Assembly (NCBI GenBank): GCA_965248925.1 | Contig: CBDFLE010000006.1 | Location: 3,264,001-3,328,000 of the forward strand | Direction: 5' to 3' | Length of the DNA: 64,000 nt | Source: Candidatus Multivoradales bacterium | Lineage (GTDB): Bacteria; Acidobacteriota; Thermoanaerobaculia; Multivoradales; J023 | Shown: positions 31,264 through 40,457 of the stretch, piece after piece | Numbering within the stretch: the stretch's first letter is position 1 | Layout of the letters: each line of letters starts with the position of its first letter | Notes under the pieces: generated by a model | Database searches by the model: none | The model's input: only the letters and a program-made list of their open reading frames with translations | Told to the model about the DNA's origin: nothing | Position numbers and translations under genes: made by a program

Positions 31264-33120
31264 TTGAGCAAGAAGCCGCCGCTGATCCTGGTACTGCTGG
31301 CCGCCGTGTCGCTGGTCGCTGTCGTCGTGGGAATCGGCAAGTTGGCACTCAGCGCCGACCAAAAGCTGTCCTACAAGTCGCCGCTCAAGGAGCGGACGGC
31401 GATCGAAGTGCCGACGCCGCACGAAGTTGCTCAGCAGGAGCAGGCCGAGGCCGAGACCGAGCGCCTTCTGACCCAGTCCTATGAGGAAGACGAATACCGC
31501 GCCTTCCCGGTGATCGGTAGCCGCACCGCGATCTGGGTGGTGGCGCAGCTGCACCTGCTCTTCGCCGCCTTCGTGCTGGCGGTGCCGATTTTCGCCGTCA
31601 TCATCGAGTTCATTGGCTACAAGAACGGCGATCCGCGCTACGACAAGCTGGCCTACGAGTTCACCAAGCTGCTGTCGGTATCGTTTTCCTTCACCGCCAG
31701 TCTTGGGGCGATGCTGCTCTTCATGCTGGTCGCTCTGTACCCGAAGTTGACCGGCTATTTGGGGCACGTGTTCTCGCCGACCTTCCTGCCCTATGTGTTG
31801 TTGTTCTTCGCCGAGGCCGGCTTCCTCTACAGCTACTACTACGGCTGGGGCAAGTTCTCGCCGCGCACTCATCTCTTCCTCGGCGTGATGCTCAACGTCG
31901 TCGGCACCTGCATCATGCTGATCGCCAATGCCTGGCTGACCTTCATGATGACCCCGGCCGGGGTGGCCGAGTCGGGAGCGCTGATCAGCACCTGGGACGC
32001 GGTGACCAACTACACCTGGATGCCGATCAACATCCACCGAGTGATCGCCAATATTGCCTATGGCGGCTCGATCGCGGCGGCTTACGCGGCGTTCAAGTTC
32101 TTGTCGGCGAAGACCGATGAGGAACGAGCACGGTACGACTGGATGGGCTACATCGGCAACTTCGTCGCCATCTGTGGCCTGCTGCCGCTGCCCTTCGCCG
32201 GTTATTGGCTGGCGTCTGAGATCTACGCCTACTCACAGACCATGGGCCTGACCATGATGGGTGGCGCCTTTTCCTGGTTGTTCATCATTCAGGCGGTTCT
32301 GATCGGCGCCCTCTTCTTGTTTGCCAACTGGTACCTGTGGACCGGCATGAAGAGGATTCCCGGTGCCGAGCGTTTCCGCCCCTACATCAAGTATCTGCTG
32401 ATCGTCATCACCCTCTGCTTCCTGGTCTGGGCGACACCGCGTTCACCGATCACCACTGGTGAGGAAGTGCAGGCGATGGGCGGCTCGTCCCATCCGGCCC
32501 TCGGTTACCTGGGGGTGATGTCGGCCAAGAACACTGCCGTCAACCTGCTGATCTTGACCACCTTCATCAGTTTCTTGCTCTACCGTCGCAGTGGTCGCAT
32601 GCCGACCGTCAAGTGGGCCAAACGGGGCAACCAGGTGCAATCGGCGATCTTTATCGCCGCGGCGGGAGCAGTGTTGTTCATCGGCGTCTTGGGTTACTTC
32701 GTCGAAGCCAAGGTGAGGATCGGTCTGTCGCGGCCGCAAGTCGGTTCGGTTTTGCTCGCCATGCTGTTGGTCACCCTGATCGACGTGTTCATGATGCGCA
32801 AGGCGAAGACCACCGAGACCGATTGGGGCAAGATCTCGCCAATCTCCCAGTATCTGCTGATCGGCTTGGCAGTGACCTTCACTTGGCTGATGGGCCTGAT
32901 GGGCTATTTGCGGGCAGGATTGAAGCAGCACTGGCATGTCTACGGCATCGTCCGCGACACTTCGCCCGACGCCTTCACGCCGACCTTGGGCTACGCCACC
33001 CAAGTGGTGTCGGCGACGGTGTTGATCTTCTTCGCCATGATCGGTTTCATTTTCTGGCTGGCTAGCCTGTCGGAGAAGAGACCCTGGGCGCCAGCGTCAA
33101 TATCTGGTACCAAGAGTTAG
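31264..33120 (+). CDS. Cytochrome bd-like oxidase subunit I (CydA-like, extended)
   Basis: AQLHLLFAAF, FFAEAGF, INIHRVIAN and a C-terminal GYLR...WHVYG motif; many TM helices; no cydB beside it. Confidence 0.8.
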   Translation: MSKKPPLILVLLAAVSLVAVVVGIGKLALSADQKLSYKSPLKERTAIEVPTPHEVAQQEQAEAETERLLTQSYEEDEYRAFPVIGSRTAIWVVAQLHLLFAAFVLAVPIFAVIIEFIGYKNGDPRYDKLAYEFTKLLSVSFSFTASLGAMLLFMLVALYPKLTGYLGHVFSPTFLPYVLLFFAEAGFLYSYYYGWGKFSPRTHLFLGVMLNVVGTCIMLIANAWLTFMMTPAGVAESGALISTWDAVTNYTWMPINIHRVIANIAYGGSIAAAYAAFKFLSAKTDEERARYDWMGYIGNFVAICGLLPLPFAGYWLASEIYAYSQTMGLTMMGGAFSWLFIIQAVLIGALFLFANWYLWTGMKRIPGAERFRPYIKYLLIVITLCFLVWATPRSPITTGEEVQAMGGSSHPALGYLGVMSAKNTAVNLLILTTFISFLLYRRSGRMPTVKWAKRGNQVQSAIFIAAAGAVLFIGVLGYFVEAKVRIGLSRPQVGSVLLAMLLVTLIDVFMMRKAKTTETDWGKISPISQYLLIGLAVTFTWLMGLMGYLRAGLKQHWHVYGIVRDTSPDAFTPTLGYATQVVSATVLIFFAMIGFIFWLASLSEKRPWAPASISGTKS

Positions 33121-33148
33121 CGCAAGCGAACTGGAAAGCTCAGAAACC

Positions 33149-33880
33149 ATGAAGATACCGCTCACAGTGCAGATGCTGCTGATCGCCGTCGGCCTGACCA
33201 GCTTCTACATGATGCTCGGCCAGGCGGTGCCGCAGAACGAAGTCCATCCGCCGGAAGTCATCGAGTTGGCCGACGATCTGTCGACCGCCGAGATGGTCGA
33301 CATCGGCAAGGGGATTTTCGACGGCAAGGGAATCTGCGTTACTTGCCACAATGGCTCGGCCCGATTTCCCGACCTGGCGGGCATCGCCACCCGCGCCGGC
33401 AGCCGCATTCCCGGCTACACCGCCCTCGACTATCTGGCCGAAACCCTGTACGAGCCCGACATCTTCATCGTCGAGGGCTTCACCAAGGGCATGCCAAAGA
33501 TCAACAAACCGCCCATCGGTCTGACCGACGACGAGATCTTGGCGGTCATCGCTTATCTGCAAACTCTCGGTGGCCAGGCAACTGTGACCATGGAGACTTT
33601 GACCGCCTACAACGGCGGCGTCCGTGGCGGTGGCGAGGCGGTGGCGGCTGGCGAAGAAGCGCTGGTGACTGCCGCCGATAGCGCTCCACCCTCGCCGTTG
33701 GATACCCACGGCTGTGCCAGTTGTCACGATGGCTCGCAGGCCAGCCCATTCGATGGGATCTCCGGCCGTTTGGACCGCTCACAGCTGCTGTTGGCGATCG
33801 CCGATCACCCGCCGGGTGGCAACACCGAGAACGTGACCGTGGCGCAGGCGCAAACCCTGGCCGACTTCCTAGCGCAATGA
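33149..33880 (+). CDS. Membrane-anchored diheme c-type cytochrome
   Basis: CVTCH and CASCH; YLAETLYEP..FIVEGF. Confidence 0.85.
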   Translation: MKIPLTVQMLLIAVGLTSFYMMLGQAVPQNEVHPPEVIELADDLSTAEMVDIGKGIFDGKGICVTCHNGSARFPDLAGIATRAGSRIPGYTALDYLAETLYEPDIFIVEGFTKGMPKINKPPIGLTDDEILAVIAYLQTLGGQATVTMETLTAYNGGVRGGGEAVAAGEEALVTAADSAPPSPLDTHGCASCHDGSQASPFDGISGRLDRSQLLLAIADHPPGGNTENVTVAQAQTLADFLAQ

Positions 33881-33890
33881 GAGGCGTCGG

Positions 33891-34700
33891 ATGAATTGGA
33901 TTGTCTTATTGCTGTTCGCCGCCTCCCTGGTGGTTCTGCGTTTCCTGCGGGTGAAGATGCTGGTGTGGTTGGCTGCCTGGTGGGTCGGCACCTTCATCGT
34001 TTTCCGCTATGGCTTCACAGTGCCTATTCCGGTTTCGGTGCTGAAGATCTACATGGGGATCATCACCTTTTCGTTGCTGGCCTACGTGCTCGCCGATGGT
34101 GAACGCATCGATAGCGTTTTTGGTCCGGTCACCGCCTTCATGACCGAGCGTCGCTTTGCTCCCCACCTGGCATTGGTGGTGTTGGCGCTGCCGGCGCTGG
34201 CGGCGTTTCAGATCTACGGTCAGATGACCTCCACGCCGCTAGCCCCGAGCTTTGGACGTACGGTGCACCCGGCGCCGCCGGAAGATATCGACGTCCATGG
34301 CACCACCTACCCGGTGTCGACCATGGACAATCCCTTCCGTGGGCTCGAAACCAGCGATCCCGAGGCCTTCAAACTCCGGGTCGAGCACGGTCGCGAGGTC
34401 TACTACAGCAATTGCCTGTGGTGCCACGGTGATTTGATGGCCGGCGCCGGCATGTTCGCCCACGGGCTAAATCCAATCCCGACCAGTTTCGAAGATCCCA
34501 ACACCATCGCTGCGCTGCGCGAAGCCTTCCTTTTCTGGCGTATCGCCAAGGGCGCTCCTGGGCTACCGGAGGAAGGCGGACCTTGGGATTCGGCGATGCC
34601 GGCGTGGGAAAACTTCCTCAGCGAAGAGGAAATTTGGGACGTAATCATCTTCCTCTACGACTTCACCGAGTACCGCCCACGGGCAGTGGGGCTGCACTGA
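33891..34700 (+). CDS. Membrane c-type cytochrome (N-terminal TMs + monoheme)
   Basis: CLWCHG, FLFWRIAKG, SAMPAWE. Confidence 0.85.
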   Translation: MNWIVLLLFAASLVVLRFLRVKMLVWLAAWWVGTFIVFRYGFTVPIPVSVLKIYMGIITFSLLAYVLADGERIDSVFGPVTAFMTERRFAPHLALVVLALPALAAFQIYGQMTSTPLAPSFGRTVHPAPPEDIDVHGTTYPVSTMDNPFRGLETSDPEAFKLRVEHGREVYYSNCLWCHGDLMAGAGMFAHGLNPIPTSFEDPNTIAALREAFLFWRIAKGAPGLPEEGGPWDSAMPAWENFLSEEEIWDVIIFLYDFTEYRPRAVGLH

Positions 34701-36469
34701 TGCGCTGGCGTGTGGTGCTTACCTTCGCTCTGCTGCTGGTTGCCCTGGCTGGATCGGCGAGCGCCGACCTGGAGCAGGGCAAAGCGGTCTATGACAAGTA
34801 CTGCGGCCACTGTCACGGCGCCGAGGGTGACGGCCAGGGGGTGGCGGCGCCTTTCCTGAAGCCGGCGCCGCGCAATTTCACCAGCGGCAAGTACAAGATC
34901 CGGCACACCCCGACTGGCTACATGCCCACCGATGAGGATCTGATTCGCTCGGTTGCGGTCGGCTTACCTTACACCTCGATGCCAGGTTTTGCGGACGCCT
35001 TGAGCGACGCCGAGATCGCCTCGGTGGTGGAATATCTCAAGACCTTTTCTGCCGACTTCGAAGATCCCGAAGCCTTCGCCGAGCCAATTCCGATCCCTGA
35101 GCCGCCGCCCTTGACCGCCGAGTCGGTAGAGCGTGGCACGGAACTCTACGTCGAGACCGGCTGTGGCGCCTGTCATGGCGAGGTCGGCTTGGGCGATGGT
35201 AGCTCGGCTCCGACCCTGGTCGACGATTGGGGTGTACACATCAAGGTGGCCGACCTGTCGCTGCCGTGGACCTTCCGTGGTGGCAGCACCCGCAAAGACA
35301 TTTTCCGTACCATGTCGAGTGGCTTCAACGGCACCCCGATGCCAGGCTTTCACGGCGCCCTGCCGCCGGAGGATATCTGGGGCATTGTCGACTACATCGT
35401 GTCCTTGTCCGACGGCGCCAGCGAAGCGGCCTACGACAATCTGGTGCGAGCGGTGGGCTACGATGGTGACCTCGACCTCGCCTTGGGCGATGAGCTATTC
35501 GCCGCTGCGCCGCCGGCAATATTCGCGGTCATTGGCCAGATCATCGAGCCTGGGCGAAACTTCTATCCGGCGACCACCGCGGTGCAAGTTCAGGCGGTCT
35601 ACACACCGTCCGAGATCGCCTTCCGCATCAGCTGGCACGACATGCGTGCCGAGACCTCGGGTAGCAACGCACCAGACCTGCCGGCACCCGCTTGGCTCGA
35701 AGAACTCGCCGGCCAAAGTGCGGGCGGCGCCACAGATGCCGACGATGAAGGCGGTGACTTCTGGGGCGAAGAAGAGTCAGCCGACGATGAAGGCGGTGGC
35801 TTCTGGGGCGAGGAAGAGGTCGGCGGCGACGATGGTGATGCCGACTTCTGGGGTGAAGAAGAGGAGGGTGGCGAAGGTGACTTCTGGGGCGATGACGACG
35901 ACTCGAGCGGCACCCCGGCTGTCACGGGCCCCAGCAACGAGTTTTCCGATGCCATAGCCATCCAGTTCCCACAGACTCTGCCAGAGGGGATTCGCAAGCC
36001 GTACTTCTTGTTCGGCGACGCGCAGAACCCGGTCGAGCTGTGGTTTGCCGACCTGGGTAAGGCTAGCGGTCAGACTTACGTCGGACGGGGTAGTGTCGCC
36101 GTTACTCCGAGCGACGGGATTCAGCCCCAAGTTAATGCCAAATACGAGCAGGGCGAGTGGTCGGTGATTTTCAAACGCCAGCGCGAGGTGCGCGGCGGTA
36201 TTTCTTTCGCCCCCGATACGTTTGTACCGATCGCCCTGTCGGTGTGGGATGGGTTCAACCGCGAGCGGGGCAATCGCCGCGGCCTGACCCGTTGGTACTA
36301 CCTCTACATGGAGCCGCTTGAGCGGCCTTCTCCGTTAGGCCCGATGGCCAAGGCTGCCTTGGGCGTGTTGATTTTCGAGCTGCTACTCATCGGCCTGGTG
36401 CGTTTCGTGCGCCGGCGCCGTCAACAAGACTTCACCCTGGACGGTGATGCCGTCCCGTCCACCAGCTAG
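34700..36469 (+). CDS. Diheme cytochrome c + ethylbenzene-dehydrogenase-gamma/DOMON-like domain, C-terminal TM
   Basis: CGHCHG, CGACHG; FRISWHD, FSDAIAIQFP, KPYFLFGD, WSVIFKR, VWDG..RERG; TGATG coupling at 34700. Confidence 0.8.
   Translation: MRWRVVLTFALLLVALAGSASADLEQGKAVYDKYCGHCHGAEGDGQGVAAPFLKPAPRNFTSGKYKIRHTPTGYMPTDEDLIRSVAVGLPYTSMPGFADALSDAEIASVVEYLKTFSADFEDPEAFAEPIPIPEPPPLTAESVERGTELYVETGCGACHGEVGLGDGSSAPTLVDDWGVHIKVADLSLPWTFRGGSTRKDIFRTMSSGFNGTPMPGFHGALPPEDIWGIVDYIVSLSDGASEAAYDNLVRAVGYDGDLDLALGDELFAAAPPAIFAVIGQIIEPGRNFYPATTAVQVQAVYTPSEIAFRISWHDMRAETSGSNAPDLPAPAWLEELAGQSAGGATDADDEGGDFWGEEESADDEGGGFWGEEEVGGDDGDADFWGEEEEGGEGDFWGDDDDSSGTPAVTGPSNEFSDAIAIQFPQTLPEGIRKPYFLFGDAQNPVELWFADLGKASGQTYVGRGSVAVTPSDGIQPQVNAKYEQGEWSVIFKRQREVRGGISFAPDTFVPIALSVWDGFNRERGNRRGLTRWYYLYMEPLERPSPLGPMAKAALGVLIFELLLIGLVRFVRRRRQQDFTLDGDAVPSTS
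35735..35905 (+). repeat. Four in-frame acidic (D/G)FWG(E/D)x repeats
   Basis: DDEGGDFWGEEES ADDEGGGFWGEEEV GGDDGDADFWGEEEE GGEGDFWGDDDD; first two units are a 42-bp tandem duplication. Confidence 0.9.
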
Positions 36470-36484
36470 AGCTGGGAGAAACGA

Positions 36485-38620
36485 ATGTACGACAACATTT
36501 ACGTACCCGTCGATAACTCGGACTTTTCAAATCGGGCGGTGCACAATGCCCTGGCTCTCGGCAAGTCTTTCGACTCCAAGCTCACCGGTTGCCACGTCTA
36601 CGCGGCGCGGATGCACGACTACCGTTTCAAGCAAATGGAGTTCACCTTGCCCGAGGAGTACCTCGAAGAGAACGAGCTTGAGCGCCAGCGCAAAATCCAC
36701 GACAGCCTGATTACCATGGGGCTGGAGTTGATCTCCGACTGCTACCTCTCCAGCATGGAGCAGCTGTGCCAGGCACAGCAAGTGGCGTTCGAGAAGAAGA
36801 TGATGGATGGCAAGCACTCGACCGAGATCTTGAAAGATCTGGCCGACTCCGACTACGACTTGGTGGTGATGGGAGTGCTAGGCATCGGTCGCACCCGCGA
36901 CAGCCAGATCGGCTCGGTGTGCCAGCGAGTCACCCGCGAGGTTGATCGCGACATCTGGGTGGTGAAGCACCTGCCAGAGAAGGGCGAGTCCGAGCGCGAC
37001 ACCATCTTGGTGGGGGTCGATGGCAGCCCTCAATCCTTCGGCGCTTTGCACACCGCGATCGACCTGGCCAAGCGTTTCGACAAGAAGATCGAGCTGATTT
37101 CGGTCTACGACCCCTACCTGCACTACGCTGTGTTCAAGGGCATTGTCGAGGTTTTGACCGACAAGGCGGCCAAGGTGTTCCGCTTCGAAGAGCAGAATCA
37201 GCTGCACGAAGAAGTCATCGACACCGGCCTGGCCGAGATCTACCAGTCGCACCTCAACGTCGCCGAGAAGATGGCGCGGGAAGCCGGTGTCGAGGCCACC
37301 AAGACTCTGCTCGACGGCAAGGCGTTCCAGAAAGTGCTCGACCATGTGCGCAAAGTCGAGCCCTGGCTGTTGGTGGTGGGCCGCAAAGGCGTGCACGCTG
37401 AAGAAGACGAGACTGGCCTCGGTTCGAACACCGACAACCTGTTGCGTTTGTGTCCTTGCGACATCCTGCTGTCGACCCGTGAAGAGGTGCCGGAACTCGA
37501 CATCAAGGCCGAAGAATCGATCCATTGGACCGACGAAGCCGAAGCGCGGATGGGCCGGGTGCCGCAGCAGGCCAAGGGCATAGCCCGCACCGCCATCCTG
37601 CGCTTGGCGATCGAAAAAGGCCACTCGGTGGTGACCAGCGACCTGGTGACCGAGGCGATGGACCGCTTCATGCCCAAGAATGCCGCCGCGCGCACCGAGA
37701 AGCTGGCCGAAGCCTTGGCCTTCGAACGGGCGCGTGAGACCTCCGCCGCAATTTGCAAGAAGTGTGGGGTTACCGCCAAAGATGCCAAACCGGTCAAATG
37801 CACCGTCTGTGACGGCACTGAATTCGAGGCCATTACTTCCGAGATGATCGATCAGATCGTCGCTGCCGAGGGCGGCGCGGAAGAGGAAACCACCTACGAT
37901 GGCCGCAAGCTGCGCTGGACCCAGGAATCGCGCAAGGCCCTGCGAATGCTGACCGACGCCTACCAGCGCCGCCGCGCCAAGGCGCGGATCGAGAAGTCGG
38001 CCCGCGGCAACAAGCTGAACACCATAACCCTCGAATTCGCTCGTCGCTTCATCGAGGAAGAAGGCGGCGTGCTCTACGAGGTCGCCGATGCTCCGGTGCC
38101 GAACGCGGCCGACAAGGCCCGCGCCACCGCCGCGCCTGAAGCTGAAGCCGTGGTCGACGATCCCGAGCTCAAGATGCTCGGCCGCGACCGCAAGAACGTG
38201 CCTCTGCTATCGCGCCTCGACTATAGCGAGCGCGCCATCGAGAGGATCTTGCGAGTGCCCGGTGGCTTCATGCGCGACCGCACCCAAAAGCGAATCGAAG
38301 AACTCGCCAGCGAGCGCGGTTCGACACGAATCGACTTCGCTCTGATCGAAGAGGGCATCAAATTCGGCATGCAGCAGATGGAAGCCATGCTCGGCCAGCA
38401 CGGCGGCGCCTCGCCGGAGATGAAGAAGCACGACGCCGGGGTGGCGGCGCAGGGCAAGGAAGCCAACGGCCAGCAGGCGGCGAGTGGCGAATGCCCGGTC
38501 GATCTCGAAGCCGAGGCCAAGGCCAACGGCTCCGCTGAGCTGGCCCTCAACGAGGTCGGCGTGATGTCCGAGTTGGAGAAGAAGCGGCGTCAGCTAGGTG
38601 CCGAGCCTAGCGATGCCTGA
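36485..38620 (+). CDS. Tandem universal-stress-protein domains + PCP_red-like repeats + rubredoxin-like Cys motif
   Basis: IYVPVDNS / ILVGVDGS, LVVMG..G, LGSNTDNL; WTDEAEARM.RVP, WTQES, YSERAIERI.RVP.GFMR; CKKC...CTVC. Confidence 0.85.
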   Translation: MYDNIYVPVDNSDFSNRAVHNALALGKSFDSKLTGCHVYAARMHDYRFKQMEFTLPEEYLEENELERQRKIHDSLITMGLELISDCYLSSMEQLCQAQQVAFEKKMMDGKHSTEILKDLADSDYDLVVMGVLGIGRTRDSQIGSVCQRVTREVDRDIWVVKHLPEKGESERDTILVGVDGSPQSFGALHTAIDLAKRFDKKIELISVYDPYLHYAVFKGIVEVLTDKAAKVFRFEEQNQLHEEVIDTGLAEIYQSHLNVAEKMAREAGVEATKTLLDGKAFQKVLDHVRKVEPWLLVVGRKGVHAEEDETGLGSNTDNLLRLCPCDILLSTREEVPELDIKAEESIHWTDEAEARMGRVPQQAKGIARTAILRLAIEKGHSVVTSDLVTEAMDRFMPKNAAARTEKLAEALAFERARETSAAICKKCGVTAKDAKPVKCTVCDGTEFEAITSEMIDQIVAAEGGAEEETTYDGRKLRWTQESRKALRMLTDAYQRRRAKARIEKSARGNKLNTITLEFARRFIEEEGGVLYEVADAPVPNAADKARATAAPEAEAVVDDPELKMLGRDRKNVPLLSRLDYSERAIERILRVPGGFMRDRTQKRIEELASERGSTRIDFALIEEGIKFGMQQMEAMLGQHGGASPEMKKHDAGVAAQGKEANGQQAASGECPVDLEAEAKANGSAELALNEVGVMSELEKKRRQLGAEPSDA

Positions 38621-38638
38621 ACTCTGGGTAGAGAGGCG

Positions 38639-39171
38639 CTAGGCGGCGGGATCGAAAGCGCTGCGGATCCTGCCGCGCCGGTCGCGGTTCTCATCGTCAC
38701 AAGGTGAGAGCAACGAGAAACAGTGTCCAGCTCCGTCGACTAGAAGCAGTAAACCGTGACGAGTGAGAACGTCGCGACCGAGCAACATGTCTTCTAGTCC
38801 CGGTATCCATGGCAGCTGAAGACCTTCGACCCGATCATCCTTCTCTTGCATGCCGAGTCCGATCGAGTCGTTCGGATTCAGCTTCTTGCCGGCAATTTCC
38901 AGGCTAATGCCCTCGCGGATGACTCCGCGGTTGGATAGCAGTGGCCTGGTGTAGCAGCCTTCTCGGTCTGCTACACCCTGGAGCCAGCGCATACTGAGCA
39001 TAGTCCTGTCGGCGCCAGGATCTACAAAAGCCTCGGCCTTGATCCGCCGATTGTCGAGCCAGCGCTCGAATTGGATGCCGACAGTCAGGACAAGTCCTTG
39101 AGCATTCGGTTCTGCGGCACTCTGAGGATCTACGGATCGGTGGTATTCGGATACCCCAAGGGGGTGCTCAT
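38639..39171 (-). CDS. Retropepsin-like (clan AA) aspartic protease; 5' end apparently frameshifted
   Basis: AFVDPGADRTML and LLGRDVL motifs. ATG 39171 (ATGA-coupled) joins the main frame only if the G4 run near 39154-39157 had one more G. Confidence 0.65.
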
Positions 39172-39692
39172 GGGCGAGGATCAAGATCGCTACCCTCCGC
39201 CAGCGGGCTGCGAGCCAGGGACCGGCCTCGCATGATTCCGGCACCGGCAGCCGCTCCCCCAGGCTCCACGATCACCGGATAGCACCCGCCGTCCGGTGAA
39301 AAGGCGAGATCGTAGGGCTCCAGGATCTCCTCTAGATGAGGAGAGTGGCAGACTACTTCCATGCCGGAGAAGACGACATGCTCGCCTGGGAACTCGGAAT
39401 GAGCCAGTGCTTCCTGGCGATCCGCCAGAGTCGGCCGACCGGTTTCTTTTGCGGCGGTGAGTGTATTCGAGTCGACCAGCCTACCTATCAGCGCTTGTGG
39501 AGCTTGCAGACCAAGCGCGAGATCACCGCAGCGCAACGATCCGGGGGATAGGCCCAGCGTTTTCTCGACTGCCGCTTCGGAGTGTCCGCAAGAGCAGGCC
39601 TGCTCGTGCTCTTCCAAGCGAGCGAAATCGGCTACCGACGGCTCCTGCTCTTCCAAGCGAGCGACCCAATCATCGTAGGCCTTGCAGCTCAT
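39168..39692 (-). CDS. Zn-finger anti-sigma-like N-terminus + DUF5678-like domain
   Basis: MSC...LEEHEQACSC (zf-HC2-like); FPGEHVVFSGMEVVCHS..LEE (DUF5678-like). Confidence 0.5.
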   Translation of the reverse strand: MSCKAYDDWVARLEEQEPSVADFARLEEHEQACSCGHSEAAVEKTLGLSPGSLRCGDLALGLQAPQALIGRLVDSNTLTAAKETGRPTLADRQEALAHSEFPGEHVVFSGMEVVCHSPHLEEILEPYDLAFSPDGGCYPVIVEPGGAAAGAGIMRGRSLARSPLAEGSDLDPRP

Positions 39693-39851
39693 GAAGTCGG
39701 ATTCTTGTGCCGGTGCGATTCGTGGGCGATGGTCAACTAATAGGCTCATACTAATTAAAGCGAGGCAAACGGCCAAAGCGTAACCAAGATCGAGATGCAG
39801 CTGCTAGATAGACCTCCAAGGCTGACCTCCAGTAGAGTACAAGGCGTAGAC

Positions 39852-40457
39852 ATGTCTGATATCAATACGATGGGGCAGCTGGAGGATTGCCTGCGCCGAG
39901 CCGAGGGGACGGAGCGGCGTGAGTTGTTCTCGAAGCTGAGTCAAGCGTACGCCCAGGAGCTTTCTGCCAGCGCGATCAAATGGGCGGTCGCCCGGCGCAC
40001 CGCAGAGCCGATAGCAGATGGTCAGGAGGCTTTCAGTCGGGCCTTCATACTCTTGGCGGAAAAGCTGCATGAACTTGATTTCAGCAGAAAAACACTCTTG
40101 TACCTCTTCAAGGGCAAGATTTGGTCTGAGCTGGGCCATCTGAAGGCGCAGCGCCATCGGGATAACCAACGTCTGAAGAGCTTCCAGATAGACGATTCGC
40201 CTGCAAGTGACCGAAGACCAAACCAGGGGATTGAGCTGAGCGAGCAGCTCGCCAAGTTGCGCAATGCCACCCACAGTGCCAAGGAACGCCGCCTGCTACA
40301 AGCTTGGCTGTTACAGAAGAGCGGCTGGACCTGGACCGAAGCTGCCGAGACGGTGAGCTGGCCTGGGTCACGGGAGAGCCTGAGAGTTTCTTGCTCGAGA
40401 CTAATAGTCAAGCTGAAAACTAGGGGGCGGGGGCGACCGAGTGGGATTCAGCGATAG
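39852..40457 (+). CDS. Divergent ECF sigma-factor-like protein
   Basis: Region-2-like ADGQEAFSRAFILL; region-4-like KERRLL....GWTWTEAAETV...ESLRV..SRL..KLK. Confidence 0.55.
   Translation: MSDINTMGQLEDCLRRAEGTERRELFSKLSQAYAQELSASAIKWAVARRTAEPIADGQEAFSRAFILLAEKLHELDFSRKTLLYLFKGKIWSELGHLKAQRHRDNQRLKSFQIDDSPASDRRPNQGIELSEQLAKLRNATHSAKERRLLQAWLLQKSGWTWTEAAETVSWPGSRESLRVSCSRLIVKLKTRGRGRPSGIQR

Noticed and set aside
30526-32037. 503-aa minus-strand ORF (also 29009..30118, 36878..37624, 41211..42629, 18063..18938)
   Set aside because: Shadow ORFs overlapping well-supported genes in high-GC DNA; no recognisable motifs.
35735-35905. CTTCTGGGG repeats as a CRISPR-like or regulatory array
   Set aside because: Units are short, irregularly spaced and in-frame within a CDS; treated as a protein motif instead.
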